NCBI GenBank assembly: GCA_973895155.1
Contig: OZ316891.1
Span: 15,717,037 to 15,781,036 of the forward strand
Origin: Marsupella aquatica
Lineage: Eukaryota; Plantae; Marchantiophyta
DNA: 64,000 bases
Reading direction: 5' to 3'
Shown here in pieces: positions 61,401 to 64,000 of this stretch (its first letter is position 1; the number at the start of each line of letters is the position of its first letter). The notes beneath the pieces were generated by a model. It searched no databases, was not told the DNA's origin, and saw only the letters and a program-made list of their open reading frames with translations. The position numbers were made by a program, and so were the translations under genes.

Positions 61401-62114
61401 AACGTACTTCTCGTTGACAAAGAAGTACTTGCTGATTTTGTCAACTTGGCAAAGCTCACTTTGAAACGGGAGGTCAAAGTTGTCGTTATAGTGATTACGA
61501 CTGGCTAAACGAATGGCTCTCTTGTAAGCTCGCTCGGTCTTGTATCGGCGCGGGTTGACTTTGGCTAAGGACTTGGCTAAGTGACTCCCTATGGATAGGA
61601 ATTGCAGCCAAAATCGAAGGGCCAAACTGGACAATATCGTGACAAACATCCATGAGTGGCAGTGGGCGACTAAGGAGGGACGGAGTGGCTGAGATTGAAG
61701 CTGGCGTGCGGAATATATGGAGTGTGGGTGTAATACAAGATAATGACCCTCCTTTTATACTCTGAGGGCTCATCGTTCAACTAGCCCCTCCTCCCTTCCT
61801 ATTGGCCGAGCTTTTCACGCTCACAGTGTACTAGCCACTCGTGGGTCCGGTTCAGAGCGTATCAGTAGCCACCTTCGAGAATTTGTTATACGGACCCAAA
61901 GTGTCCCCTTACATGCTCGTAAACCGGGAGTACGAATGGCGCTCCGCCGCCATCCCGAATGTAAATGCCCCTTATTAACTAATGATTCCCTAATCATAAG
62001 TACTAACTACTTAGTGTTGTTATGCTAATAACTACGGCCTACGGTGCCCCTAATGGGCGTGCTAAGCACGGCTAGGCCGAATCAATCATTAACCGCCGTG
62101 CTGGCGGCGTCACA

Positions 62115-62749
62115 AAGCTCAGACTGAAGCTACAGCCAAGATTGAGTGGTATTGGGTTGAGGCAACCAAGCTCTTAGATAAAGCCTCAAGCCAGACACCA
62201 AGATGCAACTTCTTTGGCCTCAACTTGCGACCGCCCTGACCCAGGTCACTGACGCTGAAGCCAAGTTAGCCTTGGCCGTACAAGCGGAGTCAGAAAGGAC
62301 GCCAAAATCTCACGGCTTCGGGCTCAGATTGATAGCTTGAAGGGGCAAGCTGTCATATGGCAGAAGGACATGGAAGAGGCCAACGCTTGGGTACAAAGGG
62401 ATGCAGCAAAGGTGGACACCCTCAAAGTGGAAGTGGCACGGCTTCTACAGGAAGCCACGAAGCAAGACCAACTAGTGGCGCAGCTGGCGAGCAACGGCCA
62501 GCAGTTGGAAGAGGTGTGCCAAGAGGCCGCAGAGGAGATGGACGTGGTGAGGCAAGAGAACGAGTCTCTCTAGGACCAAGTCTAGATCCTCAAGCAGGAC
62601 GCCGACCGGCTGAGAAGACAACGGGACGGCCGCTCCAAGTTCAGCTTGGGCGGGTCTGGCAAACATGCCAGACATTAGCGGCACAACAAGTTTAGCATAG
62701 TGTAGGTTTTAGCTAGGAAGGTCAGACACTGAGGACAAGCGCTGAAACT
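62115..62749 (+). mobile_element. Fragment of an element X relative in opposite orientation
   Basis: KGQAVIWQKDMEEA...QQLEEVCQEAAEE versus KGQDVIWQKDLKEA...QQLEEACQETTEE in 59129-59386. Confidence 0.8.
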
Positions 62750-62752
62750 AAT

Positions 62753-64000
62753 TAGTGCTAGATAAGTATTCTTGTTCTCGATATTTCTTCATGGGGTTCA
62801 CATCTCTCATGTAGTATTGCTGCCGTGGGCTAGGTTCATGCCAGAGTTTGTGCAAAGCCTTTTGCTCAAGTTTTGCTCTTAGCTTGGTTGGGTGTGTTGG
62901 CCATTCATGTTCAGGAAAATCCCAAGCATGGGCCCACCTGCACACATCTGCATACCACCCTTTAGCTGAAGATGAGCGCAAGGCATGAAAAGGAAATCTG
63001 TTTTCCTCCAACTCTCTTACACGCATGATGTATTTGAGTGTGTGGAAGAGTGCCTCCACCTCCAAAGGAAACAAGCCTGCCTCTGCAAGTGTAAGTGTAT
63101 ATGGGGTTTGTGACTTGATCCCAAGCTCCATCTCAAGAAATAGCTTTTGCAGCCCCTCAATCTGTTGCCACCCAGATTTAGACACACCTGCTCCCCAAAT
63201 TGGTGCTCCATAAAGAATGACTGGTTTCACCAAAGCTCCAAAGAGATGTTTCCTTAACCTCCAAGTGTGTAGACCAGCTCTTTTGCATTTGTTCATGAAT
63301 GCATAAAAAGCTCTGTACCCATTGGCAGCCCTAGATTTTACACATGAGGCCCAACTCAAGTTTTGAGAGAACTCCACCCCAAGGTATTTGTAGGTCCTCA
63401 CAAATTCCACCAGATTCCCTTGGAAGTAGAGCTCTGGATTTTGTCGTGTGCCAATGCCCAAACATGATTCAGCTCATGCACCAAGTTTGTTAGTAAAGAG
63501 GGTCCTCCCCACAAAAGAAGCTCCAAATTCAGGCCCAACAGATCTTTAGCTTTCCCATGTTGCATGTGGGAAAGATGCACCTTCACCTCCCTCTCTGTAA
63601 ATTGAATGGTGTCCCCAAGGGGCAAAGGCATGCCACTAGCATCTGGAAAGAAATACAAGGATGTGACATAGGTTACCAGGTCCTGGTGATCCAAGGGGGG
63701 AGTAGTCTTGCCTGATTGCATTCTCTCCCAAAAACGTTTTGGATGTTTGATGAACTCCTCACATAGTGATTGTTGATGACTCTTCAAGAAGCACCTCTTC
63801 TTGTGTTTGATGAAGTTCTTGTACATAGTGAATGCCAAAAGTCTCTTTTCCCCTGAATGTGATCTTGCTTGCATCCTTGCTCTAGCACAATCCTCGTCAA
63901 ACCAAGCCTTCATGTTTTGCTTTCTAGGGGGTTTGGTGGAGAAAGTAGAGGCTGCTGCTTGTGCTATGACTTCTGAGAGCTCAATCTGATCATCCAGGGT
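62753..64000 (-). mobile_element. LINE (RTEX/L2-like, copy 4): 3' end missing, ~710-bp internal deletion, runs off the window
   Basis: Near-identical to copy 3. The junction at 63464/63465 joins positions equivalent to 37766 and 38476. No tail. Confidence 0.92.

Larger units (their letters stand above)
45283..62114 (-). mobile_element. Element X: pol-less element with a plant-transposon-like/coiled-coil gene, split by the CACTA insertion (parts 45283-46131 and 59175-62114)
   Basis: Reading frame ...QETTEERDAAK|RENESLLDQVQLLKQ... joins across the CACTA. Right terminus ...GGCGTCACA. LASLPW...TEFIQNFD, FGLP and NGF motifs are shared with ORF 54062-55537. Left end not identified. Confidence 0.75.

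Noticed and set aside
63464-63465. Spliced-out intron in LINE copy 4
   Set aside because: The deleted segment does not begin with GT on the coding strand, so it is a simple deletion.

Overview
Eukaryotic plant DNA (TTTAGGG telomere-type repeats, GT-AG introns, plant-type SMG9). A seed-free plant is plausible but the species cannot be determined from sequence alone. There is one intact host gene, a 9-exon SMG9 on the minus strand (14350-17313), and the rest is mostly nested transposable elements. (1) A decayed Gypsy LTR retrotransposon (321-10461) whose pol carries a DNMT3-like C5-cytosine methyltransferase domain between protease and RT and a PHD finger after the integrase; it sits inside a Crypton/DUF3504-like tyrosine recombinase pseudogene. 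(2) A young APE-RT LINE family (RTEX/L2-like) with a (CATTAC)n tail, present as four near-identical insertions, one with an intact 1067-aa ORF2. (3) Two older L1 LINEs. (4) A Copia remnant containing a solo LTR. (5) A 13-kb CACTA element with TIRs and a TTT TSD. (6) A family of TG...CA-bounded elements with no pol that carry a coiled-coil gene; the one complete copy is 4.7 kb with a 5-bp TSD and may be a giant gene-carrying solo LTR. All alignments and translations outside the supplied ORF track were done by eye.
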